A stretch of 64,000 nucleotides of DNA from a virus. Its lineage: Duplodnaviria > Caudoviricetes. The DNA lies in the IMG/VR virus record IMGVR_UViG_3300027881_000012, positions 1,065 to 65,064 of that record. One strand, 5' to 3'. Numbering within the stretch: position 1 is the first letter of the stretch; each line of letters begins with the position of its first letter. Of this stretch, positions 63,999 to 64,000 are shown one piece after another. Under the pieces are notes generated by a model. That model was not told where the DNA came from. It ran no database searches and saw nothing but the letters and a program-made list of their open reading frames with translations. Made by a program: the position numbers and the translations under genes.

Positions 63999-64000
63999 GG

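Larger units (their letters stand above)
1..64000. mobile_element. Tailed dsDNA phage/prophage, podovirus-like with Bcep22-like gene order; possibly near-complete
   Basis: TerS/TerL, P22-like portal, scaffold, N4-gp56-like MCP, giant DarB-like protein, O-like initiator, SbcCD; no tape measure or sheath; no host genes. Confidence 0.95.

Noticed and set aside
1-64000. Stop-codon reassignment suggested by in-frame TGA (3149) and TAG (14959)
   Set aside because: Core genes, including the 16-kb ORF, are open in the standard code, and TAA, TAG and TGA all end well-supported genes

Overview
The whole window reads as one tailed-phage (or prophage) genome with roughly balanced GC and no host housekeeping genes. 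Its architecture resembles Bcep22-like podoviruses: terminase, P22-type portal, scaffold, CsrA-like gene, N4-gp56-type major capsid protein, adaptors, several fibre or spike genes, ejection proteins and a 5408-aa DarB-like polyvalent protein. A divergent promoter region at about 7620-7830 splits the genome. The short + strand operon holds small early genes, a recombinase-like protein, SbcCD, a VRR-NUC nuclease and a type IV pilin. The - strand holds a Cro-like HTH, a lambda O-like initiator with internal iterons, and a nin-like accessory region with a Tad1-like sponge and an NlpC/P60 hydrolase. This operon plausibly continues across the window ends into the lysis, packaging and virion genes, so the window may be close to a full genome. 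I see no integrase, tRNA or CRISPR array. The most unusual observations are: (1) an apparently real 119-aa gene with its own strong Shine-Dalgarno (SD) site, overprinted in the +1 frame inside the giant protein's methyltransferase-helicase linker; (2) a Tat-signal protein built from two permuted fragments of the major capsid protein; (3) a phage-encoded type IV pilin; (4) bimodal palindrome usage, with GGATCC and others enriched and CCSGG apparently absent. All family assignments come from motif recognition by eye, not database searches.
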